Part shown: positions 11,988 through 23,254 of the stretch, one piece after another | Position numbering within the stretch: position 1 is the stretch's first letter | How the letters are laid out: every line of letters starts with the position of its first letter | DNA from: Cetorhinus maximus | Taxonomy: Eukaryota | NCBI RefSeq assembly: GCF_964194155.1 | Contig: NC_135900.1 | Coordinates: 26,784,001 to 26,848,000 of the forward strand | Length of the DNA stretch: 64,000 nucleotides | Direction: 5' to 3' | The notes under the pieces: generated by a model | Databases searched by the model: none | Told to the model about the DNA's origin: nothing | The model's input: the letters and a program-made list of their open reading frames with translations, nothing else | Made by a program: the position numbers and the translations under genes

Positions 11988-13595
11988 TTAAGATCTAAAG
12001 TTGTTGAATTCAATATTCAGCCTGGAAGGCTGTAAAGTGCCTAGTCGGAAGATGAGGTGCTGTTCCTCCAGTTTGCGTTGGGCTTCACTGGAACAATGCA
12101 GCAAGCCAAGGACAGACATGTGGGCAAGAGAACAGGGTGGAGTGTTAAAATGGCAAGCGACAGGGAGGTTTGGGTCTTTCTTGCGGACAGACCGCAGATG
12201 TTCTGCAAAGCGGTCGCCCAGTTTGCGTTTGGTCTCTCCAATGTAGAGGAGACCGCATTGGGAGCAACGAATGCAGTAGACTAAGTTAGGGGAAATGCAA
12301 GTGAAATGCTGCTTCACTTGAAAGGAGTGTTTGGGCCCTTGGACGGTGAGGAGAGAGGAAGTGAAGGGGCAGGTGTTGCATCTTCTGCGTGGGCATGGGG
12401 AGGTGCCATAGGTGGGGGTTGAGGAGTAGGGGGTGATGGAGGAGTGGACCAGGGTGTCCCGGAGGGAACGATCCCTACGGAATGCCACCAGGGGTGGTGA
12501 AGGGAAGATGTGTTTGGTGGTGGCATCATGCTGGAGTTGGCGGAAATGGCGGAGGATGATCCTTTGAATGCAGAGGCTGGTGGGGTGATAAGTGAGGACA
12601 AGGGGGACCCTATCATGTTTCTGGGAAGGAGGAGAAGGCGTGAGGGCGGATGCGCGGGATATGGGCCGGACACGGTTGAGGGCCCTGTCAACAACCGTGG
12701 GTGGAAAACCTCGGTTAAGGAAGAAGGAGGACATGTCAGAGGAGCTGTTTTTGAAGGTAGCGTCATCAGAACAGATGCGACGGAGGCGAAGGAACTGAGA
12801 GAATGGGATGGAGTCCTTACAGGAAGCGGGGTGTGAGGAACTGTAGTCGAGGTAGCTGTGGGAGTCGGTAGGCTTGTAATGGATATTGGTGGACAGTCTA
12901 TCGTCAGAAATTGAGACAGAGAGGTCAAGGAAGGGAAGAGAAGTGTCAGAGATGGACCATGTGAAAATGATGGAGGGGTGGAGATTGGAAGCAAAATTAA
13001 TAAATTTTTCCAGGTCCCGACGAGACCATGAAGCAGCACCGAAGTAATCATCGATGTACCGGAGAAAGAGTTGTGGGAGGGGGTTGGAGTAGGACTGGAA
13101 CAAGGAATGTTCCACATACCCCATAAAGAGACAGGCATAGCTGGGGCCCATGCGGGTACCCATAGCCACACCTTTTATTTGGAGGAAGTGAGAGGAGTTA
13201 AAGGAGAAATTGTTCAGTGTGAGAACAAGTTCAGCCAGACGGAGGAGAGTAGTGGTGGATGGGGATTGTTCGGGCCTCTGTTCAAGGAAGAAGCTAAGGG
13301 CCCTCACACCATCCTGGTGGGGGATGGAGCTGTAGAGGGATTGGACATCCATGGTGAAGAGGAAGCGGTTGGGGCCAGGGAACTGGAAATTGTTAATGTG
13401 ACGTAAGGTATCAGAGGAATCACGGATGTAGGTGGGAAGGGACTGGACAAGGGGAGAGAGAAGGGAGTCAAGATAACGAGAAATGAGTTCCGTGGGGCAG
13501 GAACAGGCTGACACGATCGGTCTGCCAGGACAGTTCTGTTTGTGGATTTTGGGTAGGAGGTAGAAGCGGGCCGTCCGAGGTTGGGCGACTATCAA
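11988..13595 (-). CDS. Penelope-like reverse transcriptase + GIY-YIG endonuclease (open 535-aa C-terminal part of a frameshifted ORF)
   Basis: FYLLPKIHK...GRPIVS, MDVQSLYSSI, GVAMGTRMGPSYA, RYIDD (RT); VYCIRCSQCGLLYIGETKR..DRFAEH (GIY-YIG). Confidence 0.9.
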   Translation of the reverse strand: MIVAQPRTARFYLLPKIHKQNCPGRPIVSACSCPTELISRYLDSLLSPLVQSLPTYIRDSSDTLRHINNFQFPGPNRFLFTMDVQSLYSSIPHQDGVRALSFFLEQRPEQSPSTTTLLRLAELVLTLNNFSFNSSHFLQIKGVAMGTRMGPSYACLFMGYVEHSLFQSYSNPLPQLFLRYIDDYFGAASWSRRDLEKFINFASNLHPSIIFTWSISDTSLPFLDLSVSISDDRLSTNIHYKPTDSHSYLDYSSSHPASCKDSIPFSQFLRLRRICSDDATFKNSSSDMSSFFLNRGFPPTVVDRALNRVRPISRASALTPSPPSQKHDRVPLVLTYHPTSLCIQRIILRHFRQLQHDATTKHIFPSPPLVAFRRDRSLRDTLVHSSITPYSSTPTYGTSPCPRRRCNTCPFTSSLLTVQGPKHSFQVKQHFTCISPNLVYCIRCSQCGLLYIGETKRKLGDRFAEHLRSVRKKDPNLPVACHFNTPPCSLAHMSVLGLLHCSSEAQRKLEEQHLIFRLGTLQPSRLNIEFNNFRS

Positions 13596-15460
13596 GTTGG
13601 AAGCTGTGGGAGGAAGATCTCCAGAGGAGATGAGGTCAGTGACAGTCCTGGAAACAATGGCTTGATGTTCTGTGGTGGGGTCATGGTCCAGGGAGAGGTA
13701 GGAGGAAGTGTCTGCGAGTTGACGCTCAGCCTCCGCGAGGTAGAGGTCAATGCGCCAGACAACAACAGTACCACCCTTGTCAGCGGGTTTGATGACAATG
13801 TTGGGGTTGGACCTGAGAGAACGGAGTGCAGTAAGTTCAGAGAGAGACAGATTAGAATGGGTGAGAGGAGCAGAGAAATTGAGACGGCTAATGTCACGCC
13901 GACAGTTCTCAATGAAAAGATCAAGAGAAGGTAAGAATCCAGAGGGAGGGGTCTAGCTGGAGGAAGAATATTGGAGGTGGGTAAAAGGATCCGTTGAACG
14001 GGGAGAGGACTCCTGCCCAAAGAAGTGAGCACGGAGACGAAGACGGCGGAAGAAGAGTTCAGCATCATGCCGAGCCCGAAATTCATTGAGATGAAGGCCT
14101 AAGGGTATGAAGCTAAGTCCTTTGCTGAGCACTGAACGTTCAGCATCGGAGAGGGGAAGGTCAGGGGGTATAGTGAATACACGGCTGAGGCTGGGATTGG
14201 AAGATGGGGTGGGGACGGAGGGACAAGCAGGGGTGGAGGGTCCCAGATGGGTGTTGGTGTCAATGAGTTGTTGGAGCTTGCGTTCCTTAGCACTTGAAAG
14301 AGAAAAAGTTTCTTGTTGAGGCGACGGATGAGGCGAAGAATAAAATGAAACTGGGGGCACGCGCAGCTTTGAAAAAGGGTGCGGCGGTGCTGCTGGAGGG
14401 AGAGGTCGAGTGTGTTCATATGGCGGCGCATGACACTGAGTGTGGATCTCAGAATGCGATGGGAACAGCAGTCCGAGAAACGTTTTATGTCCCGGAGATA
14501 CCTGTAATCATGGGTGGGTTCGAAACAAGAGGGATGGAATTTCAGTTGAAATCCACGTGGGATGAGTCGGAGACAGAGACAGTCACTGAGAAAGGAGATA
14601 TGGCTGTGAAAGCGGGTTTTAGTAAACACCTTGTCAAACACCAGGAGAGAAATGGAAAGCAATGAAGGTGAGCAGGGCACAAGAGACAGGCGGAAATCCT
14701 GTCGGAGAACAGAACAATACTTCTTCAGAGAGGGCATTTCTTGAAGAGAGGTGGCAGTCAATTAAACACAGAGATAAAAACAAAAAGCTAAAAGCTACTG
14801 CGGATGCTCGAAACGTTAACTGATTTCTTCTCCACCGATGCTGCCAGACCTGCTGAGTTTTTCCAGGTAATTCTGTTTTTGTTTTGGATTTATTGCCCAT
14901 CCCTAATTGCTCTTGAGAAGCTGGTGGTGAGCCATCTTCTTGAACCACTGCAGTCCATGCACTGTAAGCACACCCACAGTGCTGTTAGGAACAGAGTTCC
15001 AGGATTTTGAGCCAGTGACGGTGATATAGTTTCTAGTCAGGATGGTGTGGGGCTTGCAGAGGAACCTGAAGGTGCCGGTGTTCCCATGCATCTGCTGCCC
15101 TTGCCCCTCTAGGTGGTATGGAAGGTGCTGTCAAGGGGCTGCAGTGCATCTTGTAGATGGTATTCACTGCTGCCACTGTGCATCAGTGATGGAATGAATG
15201 AACGTTTAAGATGTGGATGGGGTGCCAATCAAGCAGCCTTTGTGCTGAATGGTGTCAAGCTTCATGAGGGTTGTTAGAGCTGCATTCATCCAGACAAGTG
15301 GAGAGTATTCCAATACACTCCTGACTAGTACCTTGAAGATGGTGGACAGGCTTTGGGGAGTCAGGAGGCAAGTTCCTCACCTCAGAATTCCCTGACCTGC
15401 TCTTGTAGCCACAGTATTTGTATGGCTGGTCCAGTTCAGTTACTGGTCAATGGTAACTCC

Positions 15461-17510
15461 CAGTGTGTGGGTCAGTGTCTGGGAGTATGGACTGGCCTTG
15501 TGTGTAAGGCAGTGTCCAGGAATATGGACTGGCCCAAGGTGTGGTGCAGTGTCTGGAATGGACTTGCCTTTTGTGTGAGGAGGCATTGCCTCAGAGTATG
15601 GATTGCACCAGTGAGTGGGGCACTGTCTGGAGGTTTAGACCAGCAGTGTGTGAGAGACAGTGCCCAGGAGTATGGACCACAGGTGTCTGGGGCAGTGTGT
15701 GGGAATATGGACCAGCCTAATGTGTGGGGCGCGCAGTGCTATTGGGAGTATGGACCAGCCTAATGTGTGGGGCGCGCAGTGCTATTGGGAGTATGGACCA
15801 GCCTAATGTGTGGGGCGGACAGTGCGTATGGGGGTATGGACCGGCAGGGTGTGTGCAGGGCAGGGTGTGTGCGGGGCAGGGTGTGTGCGGGGCAGGGTGT
15901 GTGCGGGGCAGGGTGTGTGCGGGGCAGGGTGTGTGGGAATATGGACCAGCCCAGTGCGTGGGGCAGGGTGTGTGGGAATATGGACCAGCCCAGTGCGTGG
16001 GGCAGGATGTGTGTGGGGCAGGGTGTGTGGGAGTATGGGCCGGCCCAGTGTGTGAGAGTATGGACTGGCCCAGTGTGTGGGGCAGGGTGTGTGGGAATAT
16101 GGACCAGCCCAGTGTGTGGGGCAGGGTGAGTGGGAGTATGGGCTGGCCCGGTGTGTGAGAGTATGGACCGGCCCAGTGTGTGGGGCAGGGTGTGTGGGAA
16201 CATGCACCAGCCCAGTGTGTGGGGCAGGGTGTGTGCGAGTATGGGCTGGCCCGGTGTGTGAGAGTATGGACCGGCCTGGTGTGTGGGGCAGGGTGTGTGG
16301 GAACATGGACCAGCCCAGTGTGTGGGGCAGGGTGTGTGGGAGTATGGGCTGGCCCGGTGTGTGAGAGTATGGACCGGCCCAGTGTATGGGGCAGGGTGTG
16401 TGGGAACATGGACCAGCCCAGTGTGTGGGGCAGGGTGTGTGGGAGTATGGACCGGCCCAGTGTGTGGGGCAGGGTGTGTGGGAGTATGGGCCGGCCCGGT
16501 GTGTGGGAGTATGGACCGGCCCAGTGCGTGGGGCAGGGTGTGCGGGAGTATGGACCGGCCCAGCTTGTGGGGCAGGGTGTGTGGGAATATGAACCAGCCC
16601 AGTGTGTGGGGCAGGGTGTGTGGGAATATGGACCGGCCCAGTGCGTGGGGCAGGGTGTGCGGGAGTATGGACCGGCCCAGTGTGTGGGGAAGAGTGTGTG
16701 GGGCAGGGTGTGTGGGAGTATGGACCGGCCCAGCTTGTGGGGCAGGGTGTGGGAATATGAACCAGCCCAGTGTGTGGGGCAGGGTGTGCGGGAGTATGGA
16801 TCGGCCCAGTGTGTGGGGAAGAGTGTGTGGGGCAGGGTGTGTGGGAGTATGGACCGGCCCAGTGTGTGGGGCAGGGTGTGTGGGAGTATGGACCGGCCCA
16901 GTGTGTGGGGCAGGGTGTGTGGGAGTATGGACCGGCCCAGTGTGTGGGGCAGGGTGTGTGGGAGTACGGACCGGCCCAGTGTGTGGGGCAGGGTGTGTGG
17001 GAGTATGGACCGGCCCAGTGTGTGGGGCAGGGTGTGTGGGAATATGGACCGGCCCAGTGTGTGTGGGAATATGGACCGGCCCAGTGCGTGGGGCAGGGTG
17101 TGTGGGAGTATGGACCGGCCCAGTGTGTGGGAATATGGACCGGCCCAGTGCGTGGGGCAGGGTGTGTGGGAGTATGGACCGGCGCAGTGTGTGGGGCAGG
17201 GTGTACGGGAGTATGGACGGGCCCAGTGTGTGGGGCAGGGTGTGTGGGAGTATGGACTGGCCCAGTGTGTGGGAATATGGACCAGCCCAGTGCGTGGGGC
17301 AGGGTGTGTGGGAGTATGGACCGGCGCAGTGTGTGGGGCAGGGTGTGTGGGAGTATGGACCGGCCCAGTGTGTGTGGGAATATGGACCGGCCCGGTGTGT
17401 GGGGCAGGGTGTGTGGGAGTATGGACCGGCCCAGTGTGTGTGGGAGTATGGACCAGCCCAGTGTGTGGGGCAGGAGGTACGGGAGTATGGACCGGCCCAG
17501 TGTGTGGGGA
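15461..17510. repeat. 39-bp G-rich minisatellite (GTGTGTGGGGCAGGGTGTGTGGGAGTATGGACCGGCCCA)n
   Basis: 13-codon periodicity (CVGQGVWEYGPAQ) in the ORF track; homogeneous from ~15930 to 17510, diverged units at 15461-15900. Confidence 0.95.
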
Positions 17511-17767
17511 AGAGATTTACCATCAAGGTCAACACGTAGAGTTCTCTTTACTTTTCAGGGTGACAATGAGAACAGACCCGGTTGGAAATCACATTGATTA
17601 TATTTGGCCGGGTGCGAGCAGAGTTCTCGGGCGCGGGGCCTGTGCGGTGCGGACATTTCTCTGACGGCAGGAATTAATCAAACCGGGCTTCAATACTTTC
17701 ACGATTCACTTGCAACCTCACAGCTAATAGCCTCCCTGCTAAAGGTGAAATGAAGGATAAAATATTC

Positions 17768-17880
17768 ACTTACATCAGTCTCACCGAGCACCAGCTCCAC
17801 CAACCCCGATCACAACACGTGAGAACACCAGAGCATTGTGGGATCTCGGAGGACCACAGCAGGCGCAGCAGTCCTCCTCC
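17768..17880 (-). promoter_or_regulatory. LLPH: Probable LLPH promoter and non-coding first exon
   Basis: CpG-enriched; minus-strand donors G|GTGAG (17784) and GTAAGT (17773-17768); E-box CACGTG 17816-17821; ZNF143/Staf-like TCCCACAATGC on minus (~17833-17843); the LLPH ATG exon begins with an acceptor, so an upstream exon is required. Confidence 0.55.
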
Positions 17881-18289
17881 CTTCGCAGGAGTAAGGGCAT
17901 CAGCAACAGCCCATTGACAAAGTCTTGATCACTGCTTGAATTCCATCATCCCAGAAGAAAAATTACTGCCACGTTATATTAAATAATCAATATGCATTAT
18001 ATTGTTATTCTTAGGTATTTCTATGTTTAGGTATTTATTGTAGATAGCAAATATAGCCAGACTAAATCAGCACAGATTCCTTTTTTCTAAATTGCCCAGA
18101 GTTAAAGTAGTGATGATTCCTTTTGAAGTTGTATTCAAATGCTTACAAATATTATAATCACTTTTCTTTTCGAATTGGTGTTGACAAGATGCGGAAATGA
18201 AGTCAAATTAAACACAGTAGCAACAGAAGGTGACAGTCGCACCCCTTAGGTTAGGTTAAGTATTTCATATTAGGTCGGTGGTCAGGTCA

Positions 18290-18700
18290 GGAGGGTGTGA
18301 CTAGGACTGAGGCAGGTATGTGGACCTAGAAGGTAGCACTGGAGGAGACTCAGTCCTTGCTCTTCTCAAGCAGCTACGAGATTCTGGCAACCTATGAGGA
18401 CAAGAGCAGGGACTGCAAGGGAGGATGAACAAATTGATCACAGCACCATAGTGCAGGTTGCCATTCAAGCTGGAGGAGTAAAAATGAATGGTATAGTAGT
18501 AGGGGACAGTATAGTTCAGGAGGATGGTTATAGTTCTCTGCGGCAAAGAGCCTGAGACCCGTAGACCTGCCCAGTGGCAAGGTTAAGGTCATCTTCTTTG
18601 GGGCTGGAAAGGAACTTGAAGTGGGATGGGAAAGAATAAGTTGTCATGGCCCTGTAGGTACCAACAACATAGATAGAACTAAGAGATTCTGCTAGGAATG
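18290..18700 (+). mobile_element. Degenerate CR1 ORF1 (SGNH esterase-like) fragment
   Basis: IVVGDSIV, LP.A.VK and VGTN motifs recognisable across frameshifts. Confidence 0.6.
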
Positions 18701-19454
18701 AATGAGTTAGACATGAAGTTAAAACCTTGATCAGATTGTAATTCAATTGGTAGGCCATAACGAGTGAAAAACTGAGTTAACTTTTCTATTACCACCTTAG
18801 CTGTAATTGCCCTTAAAGGAATAGCTTCTGGAAATCAGGTTGTCATATCCATGATTGTAAGGATATACTGATGTCCTGCATTCATTTTGGGTAATGGTCC
18901 TACACAATCTACTGATACCCGACTAAATGGTTCTTCAAAAACTGGTATGGGTATTAAAGGTGCTGGTTTGATTACATATTGAGGTTTACCTACTACATGA
19001 CATGTATGACACATTTTACAAAATTGCACTATGTCCTTATGAGGTCTTGGCCAAGTAAAATGCCTGTTTATCGATGCTTGGGTTTTCCATATTCCTACAT
19101 GTCCTGCCATAGGAATTTCATGTGCTACTCACAATATCTCCTTATGATACTTGGACAGTACCACTATCTGATGAACAACCATCCATTCCTCATCCCCAGG
19201 TTGGTGAAGGTGTTTCCACTTTTTCATCAGAACTCTGCTTTTAATGTAATATCACTCCGGAACTCCTTCCACCTCAGCTTCAGTTTGAGCTGACTGTGCT
19301 AACTTGTTTAACTCTGGATCTGCTTTCTGAGCCTCAATTAATGAAGATATGCCAAACACTTCCTTTGAATTATCCTCACCCTTAAAAATTTGGCTACACT
19401 AACATCTGCTCGTGGTATTACTTTGACCTCTGGTGATGGACTGTGTTTAGCCAT

Positions 19455-20062
19455 TGTGGAAGAATAAAATACATCTACAGGACAACTAAGGGTTAAACAG
19501 TTAAAATCGTAGTGGAATACTACAGCACAGTTCCCTCTTTTCTTCTAGCAGGTACACCTGCAGTTGCCAGCTAATTGAGCAGGAAAGGAGAAAAGGAGTA
19601 TCATAAACAAGCTTCCTAGAATCCTTGAGACAAGGCTAGGATGTCTGCCCCCAACACAAAGAGACAGGATCAAGCAATGGTCATCTGTTCTCTAGAGTGT
19701 ACACCCCCTAGCACTAAAGATAAGGTCAAGCATGGTTATCTATTCTCTGTCTCACTTTTTATTACTAGATGGGCTTCCCCCAATATCCCCTATAGTCGTA
19801 AATTAGAATAGACTAATTGTGTGTTGCATGCCAAAGACAATGATTCTCAATGTAATTAATTATTGAAGGTTAGACAGTCTTATCACCTTCAAGCTCTTTG
19901 ATATGTATGACTTTTACTATAAATATGTGTGTAATCTGATGCTTCTTCAGAGTGCCGGCTAGCTCCGTTGTATGCTGCTGGGCTCTCCATGATATCATGA
20001 TTCAATAAAGACTTCCAAGACAAACCTCCTGGGTCTGAGTGTTCACTCCATTTTCCGCGACA
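19455..20062 (+). repeat. ERV 5' LTR
   Basis: About 10 substitutions versus 25697-26304 by manual comparison; TATAAA 19918-19923, AATAAA 20004-20009. Confidence 0.95.
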
Positions 20063-20065
20063 AAT

Positions 20066-20083
20066 TGGCGACGAGGATGGGAT
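20066..20083 (+). promoter_or_regulatory. Primer binding site, tRNA-Ser(GCT)
   Basis: TGGCGACGAGGATGGGAT is the reverse complement of the vertebrate tRNA-Ser(GCT) 3' end ATCCCATCCTCGTCGCCA. Confidence 0.85.
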
Positions 20084-20648
20084 CCGACTGAAGTCCAGCA
20101 GCCTCTTAAGTTGGAGAGGTGATTGAAATCCTGGGCCGTCGGATCTCTAAAAAAGAACCCTCGTGGAGAAAGGGAGGAATAACTCTCCTAAGTTAGGGAG
20201 AGTACGAACTGCATCCTAGCTGAGAGGGGGATTGCAGTGAATTAGCATCCCAGCTGAAAGGGGGACTGCCAGTAAAAGGGTAGCTACCGACCAAAGAGAC
20301 TTAAGTGACCCAAAGAATCAGAGGACTTGTTAAGGAACTCTTAAACACCGGTGAGCGCATAGGGTAGGAAACGCGCTGCACTGTTAATTGTGTTTTCTTT
20401 TCAGAAAAATGGGAGGTCACAACAGCAGAACGGGCTCTGCCACACCCCCCGCTTCGCAAAGTACTAAGAACAAACCGAAACCGGCGAAACCAGAGCTTAA
20501 ATCAGGAACTTTGAAGATGGACAAGAAAACGGAATGAAAAATGGATGGAGGTAAAAAAAGTAGTAGTAGTATACCCAGGGGTTCGAGTACCATGGAGGTG
20601 AAAAGTAAGTAATTTCTGTGTTTTCTTTTGTGTATATTATTAAGTAAA

Positions 20649-20837
20649 ATGGGAAATATGACATCAAAGAAACCCCAGGTTCCCCCTTTGAAGGGAACCC
20701 CAAATGCTTATATGTATGTCCATTACGGTCCTGAAATTGTCCAATATGTTTCTGATTGGGTTAAATGGACTCAAAGTAAAGGAGAGATCTTCCCACCAGC
20801 TGGAACTTTTAATCGGGACAGATTTGAGCGCTTATAA
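20649..20837 (+). pseudogene. Retroviral gag matrix-like fragment
   Basis: MGNMTSK (MGxxxS myristoylation motif)...GTPNAYM...WVKWT....FPPAGTF, resembling class I retroviral matrix. Confidence 0.6.
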
Positions 20838-22489
20838 TATGTTTTAAGGGAGGTAGATAGTCCGCTACTGAATTTTCTGTAACTTAAAAAAAAAGAATGA
20901 ATTGATCTAAGTTACAAGAGCTGTTTGTGCTGAAGAGAGAGAGAGAGAGAGAAAGGGTACCCCTAGGGGGTTAATGAGCAATTTGCAAGCAGCAGCAGAG
21001 AAAATGTGAGCTTTCATCAGTTTGAAGGTCCCTATAGGTGGAGCCTTCAAGATCCCTTTATTCCCCCCACTGCTACTCGAAGATTCGTTTAGAGTTAAGT
21101 TCAATATTATAGGAGTATCGATACATACCTTTATCTATGTGTTCGTGTGCAATGAAGCATTTGTATGTGAGCTTTAATGTGTTTTATTCCCTGGATTGTT
21201 TTTTGTGTGTGTAGTTGAGCACGTTAGAGTCGAAAGCCCCATATTAGATTAAAGGAAAAGTTTATTCAAATATTCCAAAGTCTTGAGTATAAGGTTTGAG
21301 TTGAGATTTCTGGCAAAAATCATAATTTGAAGGGAGTGTAAAGATAAAACAGGGCTTGCCTTTATCTCATCCTTGAGATGAACCAACCCTTGTACCACCC
21401 CCTCGCAGACTAGTAGGGAATAACCCTCATCATCAGCCTCCAAGCTGATTGGGATTAATACATACGAGTTCGTATTCTAAAATTCTGAGAAAAAGAAATT
21501 ACTTGAAATTCAGAAGGATTCTAGGAAAACCAAAAGACATAAACACAAGGTCTAGATAGTTCCAATGGATAAAAAGGGGTTTCTTATGAAAGAGATGAAT
21601 TAAATATGAAAGGAAATCTGCTTTCCAAAAGCACTGGAATTTGAATTTGGGACAATCTTGAGATGTAAAGTGCAGTGTAATTTAACAGGTTACTTTTGAA
21701 TCACTAGGATGCTATCTAAGATAAAGAATGTGTCGATAAACATACTTAAATTATAACTTGGATACAAATCATTACACATGAAAAAGAGGTTGTTTTAATT
21801 TTGATAGTGTAAATTACAGTGCTTACAAAGTTTAAAAATTTGAGGTTTGGTTCTTGATAAAGTTCTCAAAAGGCAATTTTCATTTTAAAAGGCCTGAAAA
21901 CAATTGGCACTAATTCAAATGCTGCAAGCTTTTGTGTTTATAAGTCTGTTCCCAAAATATGAAGCTAAGCTCAAGATCTTGGCAAAGTTTGGCAGAAATC
22001 CAATTTTTGGCCGAGTTAATGAATCTGGGATAATTCTAAAAGAAAAGGGTCAGACACAATTTATTGGGTTACTTTTAAGACAATAAAATCTTTGAGAAGA
22101 AGAAAAGGAAGCAAAACATGTCAATACCTGATTTCTGTTTGAAAACTTATGAGAATACTTTATTGGATTGTAAAGTCTCTCCAGACAACCTGAACAAGAT
22201 AAGATGGTAGCAGTTGCAAGTGTAATATGGTATGAGGCAAGTAGGAGAATGAGTCAGGGAAAGAGGACATAATGTACAAACTGTTTTAATGGAAATTAAT
22301 TTGATAATCTGGCCATCAACTGAGGCATTGGAAACGCATAGGGGGAGATAAGCAAAGATCTAGAGACAGAGATCCCTGTTGAAATGGAACAGTTAATATG
22401 GCCTAAAGAGTAAGGAAACATTTTAAACAATCAAAACAATAGAGAAACTGAACTCCAGAGAACCTTAGGATGATCATGGTCAGGAAAGA

Positions 22490-23180
22490 AAACTTAGAGG
22501 TAAAGGGAAAGCTGGAAAAAGGCTAAATAGATGTATTACTGACTATATTAATGTGCCTGCAAGCTACAAAAAGTAAAACCACAGGATTAACACCTTGATG
22601 ACAGGCAGAGTTGAGCGGTTCCCAGAGAGAACCATCAATGGAAGTGAAAATACTGAGCCATTGAAAGATAGGATAAGAAGGTGCATTGTTGAGTTGTTTA
22701 AGGAATTGAGGCCTGACATGAGACAGCAGCAGGAAAGAGTAAACTGGAAGGAGTTTACCCAAATGGATTCAGATCAGGGAACTCATTTCACGGGGAGAGA
22801 CATTAAAGAAGTGTGTAATCTTATGGAGATTAAACAGAAATTCCATATTCCTTACCACCCCCAGAGTCCAGGGATGGTGGAAAGGATGAACTGAACTTTA
22901 AAAAAAAAACATCAATCAAGAGACAGGGAACAGCCCAATATTCTAATGCGCCGTGGGCTACCCCAAGCAGTACCGACAGGTTCACCCCATTTGAAATGAT
23001 AACAGGAAGGGCCATGCAATTACCTGAAGGTATTATAGTAGGAGATGTAGGGCCACTGAAAGGAAAAATACAGGACAATGTAAGAGAATTAAGTAGGCAA
23101 TTGCATGAGTTAAGGAAGGAAGTCAGAGACCGACAGGTGATTAAGGATATGGAAACAGGCAAATCCAAAGAGAAAGATAC
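22490..23180 (+). pseudogene. Retroviral integrase fragment A
   Basis: DSDQGTHFTG...HIPYHPQSPGMVERMN; TPFEMITGRAMQLP. Confidence 0.8.
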
Positions 23181-23254
23181 ATGACAATTGACCAAGCGGT
23201 AACCCAGAGAATGGGAGCCGATGTTAATGTCTCCACAGATCTACGATCCTGGTC

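Larger units (their letters stand above)
11513..14887 (-). mobile_element. Near-full-length Penelope-like retroelement (RT + GIY-YIG) with inverted 5' pseudo-LTR and 13-bp TSD
   Basis: TSD ATTTATTGCCCAT at 11500-11512 and 14888-14900; terminal inverted copies of the pLTR segment (11513-11589 and 14807-14884); ORF pieces 14761-14099, 14360-13953, 14086-13592, 13595-11988. Confidence 0.93.
11446..15460 (-). mobile_element. LINE (L2/CR1-group) 3' end, split by the Penelope insertion (pieces 11446-11512 and 14888-15460)
   Basis: Sequence reads through continuously when 11513-14900 is removed; minus strand gives PQSLSTIFKVLVRSVLEYSPLVWMNAA..KLDTIQ, a non-LTR RT C-terminal region. Confidence 0.75.

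Noticed and set aside
12001-14665. Plus-strand ORFs over the Penelope element
   Set aside because: Antisense frames of the RT ORF with no independent homology
15717-17664. 400-590-aa repetitive ORFs; possible CRISPR-like array
   Set aside because: 39-bp head-to-tail minisatellite without unique spacers, in eukaryotic DNA; open frames follow from unit length and composition
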